45,053 nucleotides of DNA. Source: Escherichia phage Msk. The DNA is taken from the sequence record MW057918. The stretch is one strand, 5' to 3'. The notes under the pieces are model-generated. The model did no database searches. It worked only from the letters and a program-made list of their open reading frames with translations, and was not told the DNA's origin. Position 1 is the stretch's first letter. Each line of letters starts with the position of its first letter. A program made the translations under genes and the position numbers. Positions 1-9,544 of this stretch are shown piece by piece.

Positions 1-150
1 TATAGCGAGAGAAGGTCTTAGCTTTAAACTTGGTGGTGATGATATATTTCCAGGTCAAGAATACGGTTGTCGTTGCTGGTCAGTTCCTGATTGGGAATCA
101 TAATGTGAGGATAAACGATGAATTTGATGGCTTTTAGTGAGGAGAATTAA

Positions 151-1236
151 ATGAGTAAAATCCGCTATGACAGCGCAAAGTTTAAGGCAACAATCGACGA
201 GAATGGATTCTTAGTCGATACACCAGTAGTCGCACGTCTAGGTGTGCAAGTCTACTACATGGAGGACGGTCGCACTGTTCGAGAGTTTCGCCCAGCAGAG
301 GAGGTTTTCAAGGATGAATCACTCTCCAGCTACCAGGGTAAGCCAATGACTCTGGATCATGTTTTCGTTAACTCAGAGAACGCTAAAGAGGTAGTGGTAG
401 GTTCCGTTACTGGCAAAGCTGAGCCATTGGGTAGCTCAGTGGTTGCTCCGATTGTTGTTTACGATAACACAGCCATTCAGGAAGCTATGGCAGGTAACGC
501 CAAGGAGTTATCCGTTGGTTACTCTGCAATTCTTGACGAAACCCCTGGCTGGGGTGACCCTATTACTGGTGAGTACGTACTTAAATCTGATGGTGATCAA
601 TTCGATGCGCCAGATGGTTGGCAGGAGTTCGACGCAATTCAGCGTGACATTAAAGTGAACCATCTCGCAATGGTGTATCGAGGTAGGGCAGGTATTGCCA
701 AATTGAATATGGACGGTGAGCAGGAAAACCCGTATACTACTGACGTTGATATCAATAAAGAGGATAAACAGGAAATGATTAAGATTAAACTCGACGGCGC
801 GCAGGAATTTGAGGTTGCCCCGGAAATCGCTTCTCACATCGAAGCACTGAACGCAAAGGCTGACACCGCAATCGCTGAGCGCGATGCACTGAAAGCTAAA
901 GTTGATGCAATGCCTGCTGAAATTGAGGCCGCAGTTGCTAAAGCGAAAGCTGACGCTGATGCCCTGGCGGCTCTGGTAGCTGTTGCCGCTGAAGCTGGTG
1001 TCAAGGCTGACGGCCTGGATGCTAAAGGCATTAAAGTGGCTTACGTTAAAGAAATCTCCGGCCTTGATGTTGGCGAGAAGTCTGACGCGTACATCGACGC
1101 AGCGTTCGACATTGCCAAAGAATCTGATAAAATGGCTGAAGTACGTAGAGCGACTACCGCTTCCGACAAATCTGACAGCGCCGTAGAGCCTAAGAAATTA
1201 GACCCGCGTGCTCGTTTAGCTAAAATTAAGAAATAA
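151..1236 (+). CDS. Prohead protease/scaffolding-like protein with Ala/Lys-rich coiled-coil C-terminus
   Basis: 361-aa ORF directly upstream of decoration-like and major capsid genes; C-terminal third is low-complexity AEAKA-rich as in scaffold proteins; position in head module. Confidence 0.45.
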   Translation: MSKIRYDSAKFKATIDENGFLVDTPVVARLGVQVYYMEDGRTVREFRPAEEVFKDESLSSYQGKPMTLDHVFVNSENAKEVVVGSVTGKAEPLGSSVVAPIVVYDNTAIQEAMAGNAKELSVGYSAILDETPGWGDPITGEYVLKSDGDQFDAPDGWQEFDAIQRDIKVNHLAMVYRGRAGIAKLNMDGEQENPYTTDVDINKEDKQEMIKIKLDGAQEFEVAPEIASHIEALNAKADTAIAERDALKAKVDAMPAEIEAAVAKAKADADALAALVAVAAEAGVKADGLDAKGIKVAYVKEISGLDVGEKSDAYIDAAFDIAKESDKMAEVRRATTASDKSDSAVEPKKLDPRARLAKIKK

Positions 1237-1247
1237 GGAGTTATAAC

Positions 1248-1466
1248 ATGGCAATTCGTTCCGTAGCACTGGCTGGTATGGTTTCTGATACCTCTCTGTA
1301 CAACATCGATGGCGCTTGTGTAGTTGGCGGCGCAGCAGCCATTCCGGTTGGCACTTTTGTTGGCGTTACATCCGCTCAGCCTGTAGATGGTCACAAGGTT
1401 GTTGGACTCCCAGTCGTAACTGGCTCGGCAGTTAAACCTTATGGTGTTGTTGTTAAATCTCAATAA
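1248..1466 (+). CDS. Head decoration-like small Gly/Val-rich protein, N-terminal segment (same frame as 1512-1757, separated by a TAA)
   Basis: Strong SD AAGGAG 8 nt upstream of ATG; Gly/Val/Ala-rich beta-type composition; located between scaffold and capsid genes. Confidence 0.45.
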   Translation: MAIRSVALAGMVSDTSLYNIDGACVVGGAAAIPVGTFVGVTSAQPVDGHKVVGLPVVTGSAVKPYGVVVKSQ

Positions 1467-1511
1467 GAGACTCCAGATGGCACAGCTCGCGTAAATGAAG
1501 CGGTTAACGTA

Positions 1512-1757
1512 ATGACACATGGTCGAGTCTGGGTTCGTACAAATCTAGCGGCTGCGCCAGCTTTTGGTGGCAAGGTTTTTGTAAACGCGAGTGGCGTTGT
1601 TGTCGCAGAAGCGGCAGGTGCTACTTGGGAGACTGGTTTTACATTTGCTGGTGGTTACATTAAAAACACGAGCACAGACCCGCAAGACCTAAGCGTTGAT
1701 GGCGCACTAGTTGAAGTTCAGCTTATTCAATCCGCAGGCTCAACTGTTGCAGCTTAA
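1512..1757 (+). CDS. Head decoration-like protein, C-terminal segment (possibly continuous with 1248-1466)
   Basis: Same reading frame as 1248-1466 with a single intervening TAA at 1464-1466; no convincing SD of its own; followed by strong terminator. Confidence 0.35.
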   Translation: MTHGRVWVRTNLAAAPAFGGKVFVNASGVVVAEAAGATWETGFTFAGGYIKNTSTDPQDLSVDGALVEVQLIQSAGSTVAA

Positions 1758-1774
1758 TAATTAAGATATATAAA

Positions 1775-1797
1775 GCCTCCTTCGGGAGGTTTTTTTA
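1775..1797 (+). terminator. Rho-independent terminator (CCUCC-UUCG-GGAGG hairpin plus U-run)
   Basis: aagcctccttcgggaggttttttt seen directly. Confidence 0.7.
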
Positions 1798-1803
1798 TGT
1801 CAT

Positions 1804-1831
1804 TGCGTGGGCTAAAAACTCGTGTATAATG
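1804..1831 (+). promoter_or_regulatory. Sigma70-like promoter upstream of major capsid gene (-35 TTGCGT, 16-bp spacer, -10 TATAAT)
   Basis: ttgcgtgggctaaaaactcgtgtataat; consensus-like hexamers at canonical spacing. Confidence 0.5.
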
Positions 1832-1868
1832 AATACGTAAACACATAACTGAAAAGGAACAATAAAGA

Positions 1869-2813
1869 ATGGCCATTAAATTTGATGCAGAACAAGCAAA
1901 AATCACCGCTCACCTCGAGCAAATGGGCGTAGAAAAAGCTGATGCCGCTGGTATCTGGACCGTTAGCCAGCTCACCGCTGCTCTGAACCGTGCTTACGAA
2001 AAAGAATACGCAGAAAACTCAGTTGTTAATATCTTCCCTGTAACAAATGAAATTCCTGGTCACGCGAAGTATTTCGAATACCCAGAGTTTGATGGTGTTG
2101 GCATTGCTCAGATTATCGCTGACTACTCTGACGATCTGCCGCTGGTTGATGCGTTTATGACCGAGAAACAAGGCAAAGTGTTCCGTTTCGGTAACGCATT
2201 CCTGATTTCTACCGATGAAATTAAAGCGGGTGCTGCAACTGGTCAGTCTCTGTCAACTCGCAAGCAGGCATTGGCTTTCGAAGCGCACGATAACTTGCTG
2301 GATAAACTGGTGTGGTCTGGTTCCACTCCTCACGGTATCGTAAGTGTATTCGATCAACCGAACATCAACAACGTTGTTGCCACTCCAAACTGGAGCGTCG
2401 CGCAGAACGCGATTAATGACGTCACTGCGATGATTGATGCGGTTGAGAGCTCAACCCAGGGCCTACATCATGTAACTGACATTCTGCTTCCAGCTTCCGC
2501 TCGTCGAGTGATGCAGGGACTGGTTCCGCAGACAAACCTGAGTTACGGCGAATTGTTCACTCGTAACAACCCGGGTCTGACCATTCGCTTTATGCAGTTC
2601 CTGGACAACTACGATGGCGCAGGTGGCAAGGCTGCTCTGGCGTTTGAAAAGAATCCACTCAATATGTCTATTGAGATTCCAGAAGCTACTAACGTACTTC
2701 CTGGGCAGCCCAAGGACTTGCACTTTAAGTACCCTGTAACATCAAAGGCGACGGGTTTGATCGTTTATCGTCCACTGACGATGGCTGTAATGAAAGGTAT
2801 CACCTTCGCGTAA
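1869..2813 (+). CDS. Major capsid protein
   Basis: 314-aa ORF after scaffold/decoration genes, own promoter and strong terminators on both sides; size and position typical of HK97-fold MCP; not verified by homology search. Confidence 0.55.
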   Translation: MAIKFDAEQAKITAHLEQMGVEKADAAGIWTVSQLTAALNRAYEKEYAENSVVNIFPVTNEIPGHAKYFEYPEFDGVGIAQIIADYSDDLPLVDAFMTEKQGKVFRFGNAFLISTDEIKAGAATGQSLSTRKQALAFEAHDNLLDKLVWSGSTPHGIVSVFDQPNINNVVATPNWSVAQNAINDVTAMIDAVESSTQGLHHVTDILLPASARRVMQGLVPQTNLSYGELFTRNNPGLTIRFMQFLDNYDGAGGKAALAFEKNPLNMSIEIPEATNVLPGQPKDLHFKYPVTSKATGLIVYRPLTMAVMKGITFA

Positions 2814-2817
2814 TAAA

Positions 2818-2842
2818 CCGCCCTCTTCGGAGGGCTTTTTTT
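2818..2842 (+). terminator. Rho-independent terminator
   Basis: gccctcttcggagggcttttttt. Confidence 0.7.
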
Positions 2843-2906
2843 ACGTCTGTACCAAATGGAATTGTTGGGTTATAATCACTCAATCAGATAAACAAAGGAG
2901 ACAAAA

Positions 2907-3152
2907 ATGATTCGTTTAGAACACACTGGCGCTTGCCTTATCGTTTACAAGGGTGAGAAATATTTGCCTGGTGACACTTTCGAGGTTGATGTAATTTGCG
3001 ACGGACTCAAGCGTTTAATCGCAGAGGGTAAACTCACTATTGAAGGTGACGCTAAAGCAACCAAGCAAATCGCGCAAGAAATTGTTAGCAAGAAAAAGCG
3101 CAAAGAACCGAAAACCATCTCCGAAGCTGAGACTGGTAACGAGTACAAATAA
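2907..3152 (+). CDS. Hypothetical small head/neck-associated protein
   Basis: 81-aa ORF with SD AAAGGAG; Lys-rich C-terminus; in structural module. Confidence 0.4.
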   Translation: MIRLEHTGACLIVYKGEKYLPGDTFEVDVICDGLKRLIAEGKLTIEGDAKATKQIAQEIVSKKKRKEPKTISEAETGNEYK

Positions 3153-3193
3153 CAAACAGGGCGCTTCGGCGTCCTTTATTGTATGGAGCTAAT

Positions 3194-3595
3194 ATGAATG
3201 ATGCAATTTTGGCGTTTATGCGCTCTCTTGTTCCTGCGCTTAAAGCGGTGGATGACGAAGCAATTAATGTATGGATTGATTTGGCACGTCTATATGTATG
3301 CGAAAGCAAGTTTGGCGCAGACAAAGATAAGGCCGTAGGACTTTACGCGCTACACCTGATGCTTTCTGATGGCGCATTTAAGGGTGAGAGTGAAAGTCTG
3401 GAAACATACAGTCGAAGAATGGCAAGTTACGCACTGAGCGGTGAATTCTCTATCACCTATGATAACCAATCAGCAATCCAAGGTGATTTATCATCTTCCT
3501 CCTGGGGCCGCATGTACAAAGCACTGCTCCGCAAGAAAGGTGGCGGCTTTGGATTTATTACTTCCGCTGGTGGCGGCGGGTGCGGTTGCCGATGA
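3194..3595 (+). CDS. Hypothetical structural protein (head-tail joining region)
   Basis: ATG at 3194 preceded by GGAG; ORF track start at 3179 is a TTG extension; Gly-rich C-terminus. Confidence 0.4.
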   Translation: MNDAILAFMRSLVPALKAVDDEAINVWIDLARLYVCESKFGADKDKAVGLYALHLMLSDGAFKGESESLETYSRRMASYALSGEFSITYDNQSAIQGDLSSSSWGRMYKALLRKKGGGFGFITSAGGGGCGCR

Positions 3596-3963
3596 ACTAC
3601 AGCGAAATCGAATCAATCACTCGCTCTGGCATTGACTTCTTTAGTGATGCCAATGGCGTTTATGAAATGAGTACTGGTGATGGATATGTTGAAATCGTTA
3701 ACGGCGTTGAAGTTGAAGTTCCTTCGCAAACACTTCAGCTAAAAGGCTTGGTGCGAGAAATCAAGACGCGAGATATCGATGGCGAGTTTATCCAGTTTGG
3801 CGATAAGCGCGGAATCTTCACGGCACAGGTAGAAATCAAGCAGGGTTATCAGATTAAAGTTGATGGCGAGACTTTTGTTGTTGTTGATCCTCGCCCAGTT
3901 AAACCAACTGGTACAGTTGTTGGTTATAGACCAATTCTTCGTAGGGTGACTACTTATGGCTAG
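3592..3963 (+). CDS. Hypothetical structural protein (head-tail connector/closure candidate)
   Basis: ATGA start/stop overlap with upstream gene; position between capsid and tail genes. Confidence 0.4.
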   Translation: MNYSEIESITRSGIDFFSDANGVYEMSTGDGYVEIVNGVEVEVPSQTLQLKGLVREIKTRDIDGEFIQFGDKRGIFTAQVEIKQGYQIKVDGETFVVVDPRPVKPTGTVVGYRPILRRVTTYG

Positions 3964-4405
3964 TTTTATACCGAAGGCTAATGGCGGGGTTATTGAATTT
4001 AGCCGTTCCATTTCTGAATGGATAGATAAGGTTGAATCTGGAGTTGATGAGGTTGTTGCAGGAACCATTATCAAGACAGCCAAGGGTCTGGTAGATCAGT
4101 CACCGGTTGACACTGGTAGATTTAAAGCCAACTGGCAAATAACAGCAAACTCCCCGGCTCAGCAGTCAGTAATTGACTATGATAAACTTGGAACAGAGAC
4201 CAAAAGAGCACTCGCAAGACAGGCAAGGGCGGTAGCCAGAGCAAAGGGAACAAAGGTCATTTACATAACAAACAGGCTTGATTACTCAATTCACCTTGAG
4301 TATGGCGGCTCGGGTCAAGCACCAAACGGCATTATTAGGATTGTTCAGATGCGGCTTGGTCGATACTTCCAGGAAGCAGTAGAGGAGGCTAAACGTGCAC
4401 TATGA
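3956..4405 (+). CDS. Hypothetical structural protein (tail completion/neck candidate)
   Basis: 149-aa ORF, translationally coupled to neighbours. Confidence 0.4.
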   Translation: MASFIPKANGGVIEFSRSISEWIDKVESGVDEVVAGTIIKTAKGLVDQSPVDTGRFKANWQITANSPAQQSVIDYDKLGTETKRALARQARAVARAKGTKVIYITNRLDYSIHLEYGGSGQAPNGIIRIVQMRLGRYFQEAVEEAKRAL

Positions 4406-4796
4406 ATTGTCTATAGCTGCCAGGAAATATGTTAATGATTTGCTGGTGAGTAGCTTCCCAGTCAGATATCCAGTATCTTGGGAAAACGTTGCTTTCACTC
4501 CTCCAGCAGATGGCTCTATCTGGCTAAAGTATGACTACATCGAGGTTGACACCGTAACATACGGGCTGAGCAGGAAGTGCAAATACTATGTAGGGATGGT
4601 GCAGGTTTCTGTCTTCTTCAGTCCAGGCACTGGCATTGATAAGCCTAGACAAATCGCTAATCGATTGGCAGAATCTATCGTTGATGGTACAATGCTTGAC
4701 AGCGGGACCATTTATGAGTCTGGAGTTGTTAACCCGGTTATCAAATCCAAGTCTGGGTGGTTTATCCCGGTTCATTTTTATGTTCGTCTAGACTAA
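4395..4796 (+). CDS. Hypothetical structural protein (tail terminator candidate)
   Basis: GTG start after GGAGG; overlaps upstream stop; 133 aa. Confidence 0.4.
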   Translation: MHYELSIAARKYVNDLLVSSFPVRYPVSWENVAFTPPADGSIWLKYDYIEVDTVTYGLSRKCKYYVGMVQVSVFFSPGTGIDKPRQIANRLAESIVDGTMLDSGTIYESGVVNPVIKSKSGWFIPVHFYVRLD

Positions 4797-4811
4797 CAAA
4801 AGGAAAAATAC

Positions 4812-5468
4812 ATGGCTCATCTCAGCAATGGCACGCAGGTCTTCGTAGAAGGCTCTCGCGGTGACACAATTGATGTAACTGCAATTTCTAACGCAGCTAC
4901 CCCTGTTTTAACTGTATCTGACGCCTCTGGCTTGGTTGTTGGTGATTACCTGCTTTTCACCTCATCGGCCTCTACACTTCTGGCTGACAAGCAAGTACGA
5001 ATTACTGCAATTTCTGGCACTTCGGTAACAGTTGAAGGTATTGATACCTCCAACACCACTAAGTTCCCTGCTGGCTTAACTGGTGAAGTTGTTAAGATTA
5101 CTTCATGGTTCGAAGTCCCGTGTGTTCAGGACGTATCTACTGACGGCGGCGAACAGCAGTTTGTTAACTTCCAGTGCCTTTCTGATGACCGCGAACAGCA
5201 GATTCCGACTTATAAATCTGCGGTAACAAACACCTTCACCTTTGCTCACGAGTACACCAACCAGGTCTATCCGGTTCTGCGTAACTACGATGAGTCTGGC
5301 CAGGTTGTCGCGATTCGTCTGTTCGTACCTCGCGCTCAGGAAATGCGTTTGCAGTCCGGCACTATCACTTTCAACGACACCCCTACCATTGGTGTTAACG
5401 AGATCGAAACGGTATCCATCGCAGTATCAATTCGTGGTCGCCTGTCCTCTGTAGCAGCTGAAGTTTAA
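4812..5468 (+). CDS. Major tail protein
   Basis: 218-aa ORF immediately upstream of chaperone/tape-measure block, followed by strong terminator; Thr/Ser/Val-rich. Confidence 0.5.
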   Translation: MAHLSNGTQVFVEGSRGDTIDVTAISNAATPVLTVSDASGLVVGDYLLFTSSASTLLADKQVRITAISGTSVTVEGIDTSNTTKFPAGLTGEVVKITSWFEVPCVQDVSTDGGEQQFVNFQCLSDDREQQIPTYKSAVTNTFTFAHEYTNQVYPVLRNYDESGQVVAIRLFVPRAQEMRLQSGTITFNDTPTIGVNEIETVSIAVSIRGRLSSVAAEV

Positions 5469-5474
5469 AACACA

Positions 5475-5498
5475 AACCCTCTTCGGAGGGTTTTTTAT
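5475..5498 (+). terminator. Rho-independent terminator
   Basis: ccctcttcggagggtttttt. Confidence 0.7.
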
Positions 5499-5501
5499 TG
5501 C

Positions 5502-5544
5502 ATAGCACTTTTGCTAAAGCACTTATTCAGCTTTACTGTATAGT
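5502..5544 (+). promoter_or_regulatory. Motif-class promoter (variant ATAGCACTTTTGCTAAAG, 22 bp, TATAGT) driving 5578-5826
   Basis: Motif variant with 4-nt core spacer followed after exactly 22 bp by tatagt and conserved leader catctaaacgaaa. Confidence 0.4.
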
Positions 5545-5577
5545 TATCTCATCTAAACGAAATGAGAGATTAAAGAA

Positions 5578-5826
5578 ATGAATAACGTTAAAAACATCAT
5601 CAAACTTGCTGCAGTTCTTGTTGCTTTTTATGCAGTAGTTCAGATTGTTAACCCAACTGGCGAGGCTGATGCCAATAGCAAGGCAAACAAATATACCGTT
5701 GAGTTCGCTAAAGCTGAGCGAGCATGCCAGGAGCTTGTGGGTAGTAAAGTTGACCAAATCATGAAATATGGCAAAGAGGTCTGCAAGGACTCAGCTGCTA
5801 AGATTGCAAAAGAAAACACTAAGTAA
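5578..5826 (+). CDS. Small secreted/membrane protein with N-terminal hydrophobic segment
   Basis: 82 aa; hydrophobic N-terminus KLAAVLVAFYAVVQIV; own motif-class promoter inside tail cluster. Confidence 0.4.
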   Translation: MNNVKNIIKLAAVLVAFYAVVQIVNPTGEADANSKANKYTVEFAKAERACQELVGSKVDQIMKYGKEVCKDSAAKIAKENTK

Positions 5827-5865
5827 TAGAATACATACTCACAAACAATAAGAGGATTAACTAAG

Positions 5866-6180
5866 ATGGCTAAGTTCAAACTTTCACTGGCAGCACTCCC
5901 TGACTTCAAGCTTCCGGTAAAATTCAAGCTGGCTAACGACCAGGATGTAGAGGTTATCTTTACAGTCAAGCATAAGAAAACATCTGAGCTTCAGGAGCTT
6001 TTGCAGAAAGAAGACTTGAGTACTAAAGAATTGATTATGGCAATCGCCTCTGATTGGGATTTGGAAGAAGAATACAACGAGGATAACGTTAATGAGTTCT
6101 CCGACCTGTTCCCAGCGTCAACAGTTGCACTGACTACCGCTTACATGCAGGCACTGGCAGGCCAGCGGGTAAAAAACTAA
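5866..6180 (+). CDS. Tail assembly chaperone (lambda gpG-like)
   Basis: 104-aa acidic protein directly upstream of tape measure gene; ends at slippery AAAAAAC. Confidence 0.6.
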   Translation: MAKFKLSLAALPDFKLPVKFKLANDQDVEVIFTVKHKKTSELQELLQKEDLSTKELIMAIASDWDLEEEYNEDNVNEFSDLFPASTVALTTAYMQALAGQRVKN

Positions 6181-6500
6181 AGAGGGCGGTGTATCTACAG
6201 TACCAGTCAGATCCAACAGATGCCGAACTGGAAGCTATTGGGATGCGCCGCTCTGATTACGAAGACGAAGAGCCTGAAGTTTTGCACTTCGACGATAACA
6301 TGATGAAGGCGTGGGACATTTATTGTTCAATGGCGACACAGTGGAGAGTCGGAGCCAACGGACCAACGGGCCTAGATTACAACGTGCTAAATTTCCTCTT
6401 TAGAGTGTATAATGTTTCTGAAGAGGAATTGGTACTCAGCGATTTACGCATCCTTGAAGCTAAGGCTCTCGAGATGATGGATAACCTGATAAAAAAATAA
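6171..6500 (+). CDS. Tail assembly chaperone frameshift extension (gpGT-like, -1 frame)
   Basis: A AAA AAC heptamer at 6171-6177 immediately before stop; -1 frame open to 6500. Confidence 0.5.
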   Translation, partial: KKLKRAVYLQYQSDPTDAELEAIGMRRSDYEDEEPEVLHFDDNMMKAWDIYCSMATQWRVGANGPTGLDYNVLNFLFRVYNVSEEELVLSDLRILEAKALEMMDNLIKK

Positions 6501-6523
6501 CCCGCTTCGGCGGGTTTTCTATT
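6500..6523 (+). terminator. Hairpin/attenuator before tape measure gene
   Basis: cccgcttcggcgggttttctatt. Confidence 0.4.
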
Positions 6524-6535
6524 ATGGAGGCTTAG

Positions 6536-9514
6536 ATGGCAACAAATGAATTAGCTGGAATCACACTAGCCGTAGACGTCTCGCAGGTAGACAGAGGTAC
6601 GCAGTCCCTGCAGAAGTTCAGGCAGGCAAACCAGCAAGCCGCTTCCGGCATTAGTGAGTTCGTCAATGCTGAGCAGGTTGCTAAAAACCAGGCTAGAGAT
6701 ACCGCTCGCGCACTTGCTGAGCAACAAGCATCTTTAGCTAAATTGCAAACGGCTATTGACCCAACTGCGGCAAAGTTCCGTAAGCTGCAAGAGGCAGCGG
6801 TGGGTCTTGATAAGGCGTTTGCTGCTGGCGTAGTTCCTGATGAGGAGTTTTTCCGCTTAGGTGAGGCACTTGAAACGCAGAACGCAAAACTTGCTCGATC
6901 ACGTGCAGCGCTAACTGAAGAGGGTAGGGCAGCAGCTCAAGCCGCAAAGGATAAGGCAAAGGCAAAGGCTGAAGCTGATAGGTTCATTGCGTCACTTGAG
7001 CGTCAGGCTCAGGCGGCAACATTGACGCGTGAGGAGTACTTAAAATTACAGGCTGCTCAGCTTGGCGTAAGTTCTCAGGCAGCGCCTATTATTGACAGAA
7101 TCGCCGATGCATCACAGAAGGCAAACACCCAGCTAATTGCTCAGAGCAAGGCATTTCAACGCTCTGGATTAAGCGCGGGTCAATACAAGGCTGCAATCTC
7201 TCAATTGCCAGCGCAGATTACAGACATTGGGACATCACTTGCTGGCGGCATTCCGATTTGGCTTATTGCAATTCAGCAAGGCGGGCAAATTAAGGATGCA
7301 TTTGGAGGTATTGGTAACACCTTTAGATTCGCGCTAGCAGCCTTAAATCCATTCAATGTTGCTGTTGGGGTTTTGGGTGGCGCGCTTGTTGCTCTAGGTA
7401 TCGGTGCTGCCCAGGCAGAGAGTGAATTCAGAGCATTAAATTCTGCCATTGCGTTCTCAAACAACTCCACAATCGCATCAATCTCGCAGGTTAGAGATTT
7501 GGTTAGCTCTGTTTCTGATGCTACTGATGCAACCAGAGGACTTGTGACTAGCATCGCAACAAGCCTTATTGAGCAAGGGAACCTTACGCTGACGCAGATT
7601 GACAAGATTACTAAATCTACCGCCAGATGGGCGCAGTTGACAGGTAAGGATGCAAAGGAAATTACTGGTTACTATAACCAGATTGCGAGCGACCCAATTC
7701 AAGGACTTGCTGATTTAGACAAGAGGTTTAACTTCCTTACACAGGGGCAGTTAACAACAATTGAAAGATTGAGAGAGACTAGGGGTGAGGTTGAAGCCGT
7801 AACTGCTGCTATTGATATATTTAGCAAATCACAGGAGGCAAACCTTAACGATATTGCAGCCCAGCTTACTCCTCTTGAATTGGCCTGGAATGACTTCAGG
7901 AAGTACATATCTGATGTATGGGATGCAATTAGTCGCAGAACGGTTGGGGCGCTAAACCTGTTTGTTGACGTAATCGCCGGAACAATTGAGCAAATTAGGG
8001 TCTTCATCAACCAGGGTGATGTGCTGATTGGTGAATTCGTAATTAGCGCAACACAGGCACTGCAGAACATCCCCGGCCTTGATGGTGTTGGTGATGATGT
8101 TATCAAGGGGCAGCAGAAGATTATCGATGCAGCTAAGAAGCAAAACATTGAGCTAGAGAAGTCTATCAAGGAGCGCGATGCCAGAATCAGAGAAGGAGAA
8201 CTTGGTTACGTTACTCGCAGAGAAAATCAGAATACCAATGAGCAGTCAGGCACTGATGAGGAGTTTGCAAAAAGGAAGAAAGCACTTCAGGATGAACTTG
8301 ATGCGATCAAGAAGAACAGGAAAGAAGAAAATGGTAGGGTTAAAGAGCAAAGAGACCTTACAATTGGTTACGAATCTGGCGTACTTGCACTACAGGCACA
8401 ACTCAAGGTGCTTCAGGAAAACAGGGATATTGGCGCAGTAATAAGCAATGAGCGCAAGCAGTATCTTCAGGAGGAGGCTAAATTCAGGATTCTTGAGCAG
8501 AGGCAACTTGATGGCTCAATTACCAAAGAGCAAGCAAGGCTTCTAATTGAAAAGGATAAAGTTCTTGCACTCGCAAGGCAGAAAGCTGAGTTAGGCGATC
8601 AGATTGTTTTGCAGGAGCGCGCCAATAAGTTAGCTGAAGATAACCGCAAGAAGATTCTTCAGATTAACAACGAAGCAAGCAATATTAATTTGGGGGCTGG
8701 TTTGTCATCTCGCGAGCAGCAGAGGGCAAGAGAGATTCAGGCTCTCCAGTCCAATCAGGTTAATGCTGGTGGCTCTCTTGATGATTTTGATTTTCAGCAA
8801 TTACTGGAAGCAAGAAAGGAATACTACAAGCAGGAGGATAATCTTAGGTCTGATTGGCAAGCTGGCGTAACATCAACGCTTGCAGACTTGGCTGAGAAAT
8901 ATACAGACTACAATCAGATAGCTAAGGATTTAACTGTTGCGGCATTCGATGGAATTACAGACCAGATTACAAACCTTGTAACCACTGGTGAGACCAACTT
9001 CAGGGAGTTCACCGCAAACATCCTCAAAATGATTGCGAAGATTGCAACTCAGTTACTTTTGGTTAAGGCCATCGAATCAACATTGACTAGTTTTGGTGGT
9101 GGAGGAGGTAACGCGTTTGGCTCAATTGCTTCCGGGTTAGGTTTCGCTGGTGGCGGCTACACTGGTGATGGTGGAAAATATCAGCCAGCAGGAACGGTAC
9201 ACCGAGGTGAGTTTGTATTCACAAAAGAAGCGACAAGCAGAATTGGTGTGAAAAACCTTTACGCACTAATGAAAGGTTACGCGAATGGCGGTGTTGTTGG
9301 TGGCCCTTCTGGTTATGCGAATGGTGGATTGGTTTCTGGAGGCGCAGATGTTAATGTTAGCGGGATTACTGTTAGCGTTAATAGTGGGATTGGAAGCAAC
9401 CCAGAGCAGGCCAAGGCGCTGCAAAATGGCGTTAAGGCAATCGTAGCTGAAGAGATTGCTCAGTCATTCCAGCAGGGGGGCAGAGCTTATCAGTACCTTC
9501 GCGGATTCAACTAA
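6536..9514 (+). CDS. Tail tape measure protein
   Basis: 992-aa ORF, long coiled-coil-type low-complexity regions, Gly-rich C-terminal segment, canonical position after G/GT. Confidence 0.8.
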   Translation: MATNELAGITLAVDVSQVDRGTQSLQKFRQANQQAASGISEFVNAEQVAKNQARDTARALAEQQASLAKLQTAIDPTAAKFRKLQEAAVGLDKAFAAGVVPDEEFFRLGEALETQNAKLARSRAALTEEGRAAAQAAKDKAKAKAEADRFIASLERQAQAATLTREEYLKLQAAQLGVSSQAAPIIDRIADASQKANTQLIAQSKAFQRSGLSAGQYKAAISQLPAQITDIGTSLAGGIPIWLIAIQQGGQIKDAFGGIGNTFRFALAALNPFNVAVGVLGGALVALGIGAAQAESEFRALNSAIAFSNNSTIASISQVRDLVSSVSDATDATRGLVTSIATSLIEQGNLTLTQIDKITKSTARWAQLTGKDAKEITGYYNQIASDPIQGLADLDKRFNFLTQGQLTTIERLRETRGEVEAVTAAIDIFSKSQEANLNDIAAQLTPLELAWNDFRKYISDVWDAISRRTVGALNLFVDVIAGTIEQIRVFINQGDVLIGEFVISATQALQNIPGLDGVGDDVIKGQQKIIDAAKKQNIELEKSIKERDARIREGELGYVTRRENQNTNEQSGTDEEFAKRKKALQDELDAIKKNRKEENGRVKEQRDLTIGYESGVLALQAQLKVLQENRDIGAVISNERKQYLQEEAKFRILEQRQLDGSITKEQARLLIEKDKVLALARQKAELGDQIVLQERANKLAEDNRKKILQINNEASNINLGAGLSSREQQRAREIQALQSNQVNAGGSLDDFDFQQLLEARKEYYKQEDNLRSDWQAGVTSTLADLAEKYTDYNQIAKDLTVAAFDGITDQITNLVTTGETNFREFTANILKMIAKIATQLLLVKAIESTLTSFGGGGGNAFGSIASGLGFAGGGYTGDGGKYQPAGTVHRGEFVFTKEATSRIGVKNLYALMKGYANGGVVGGPSGYANGGLVSGGADVNVSGITVSVNSGIGSNPEQAKALQNGVKAIVAEEIAQSFQQGGRAYQYLRGFN

Positions 9515-9544
9515 TTAATGGGGCTTCGGCCCCTAAGGATTTTT

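Noticed and set aside
1-150. Possible 3' end of the head-morphogenesis gene continuing from the window end (circular junction)
   Set aside because: Joining position 45053 to position 1 gives an immediate stop codon, and the first 150 nt hold only a 33-codon ORF. The window ends are probably not a true circular junction.
508-837. Antisense ORFs nested inside long coding regions (e.g. 508-837, 7699-8169, 12913-13227, 44124-44468)
   Set aside because: They lie opposite well-supported structural genes, lack SD sequences and have low-complexity composition typical of shadow ORFs.
2840-2875. Shared CGTCTGTA element after terminators at 2836 and 41017 as a second promoter class
   Set aside because: Distance from CGTCTGTA to the TATAAT hexamer differs greatly (19 versus 6 bp) and there are only two instances; treated as coincidence pending more evidence.
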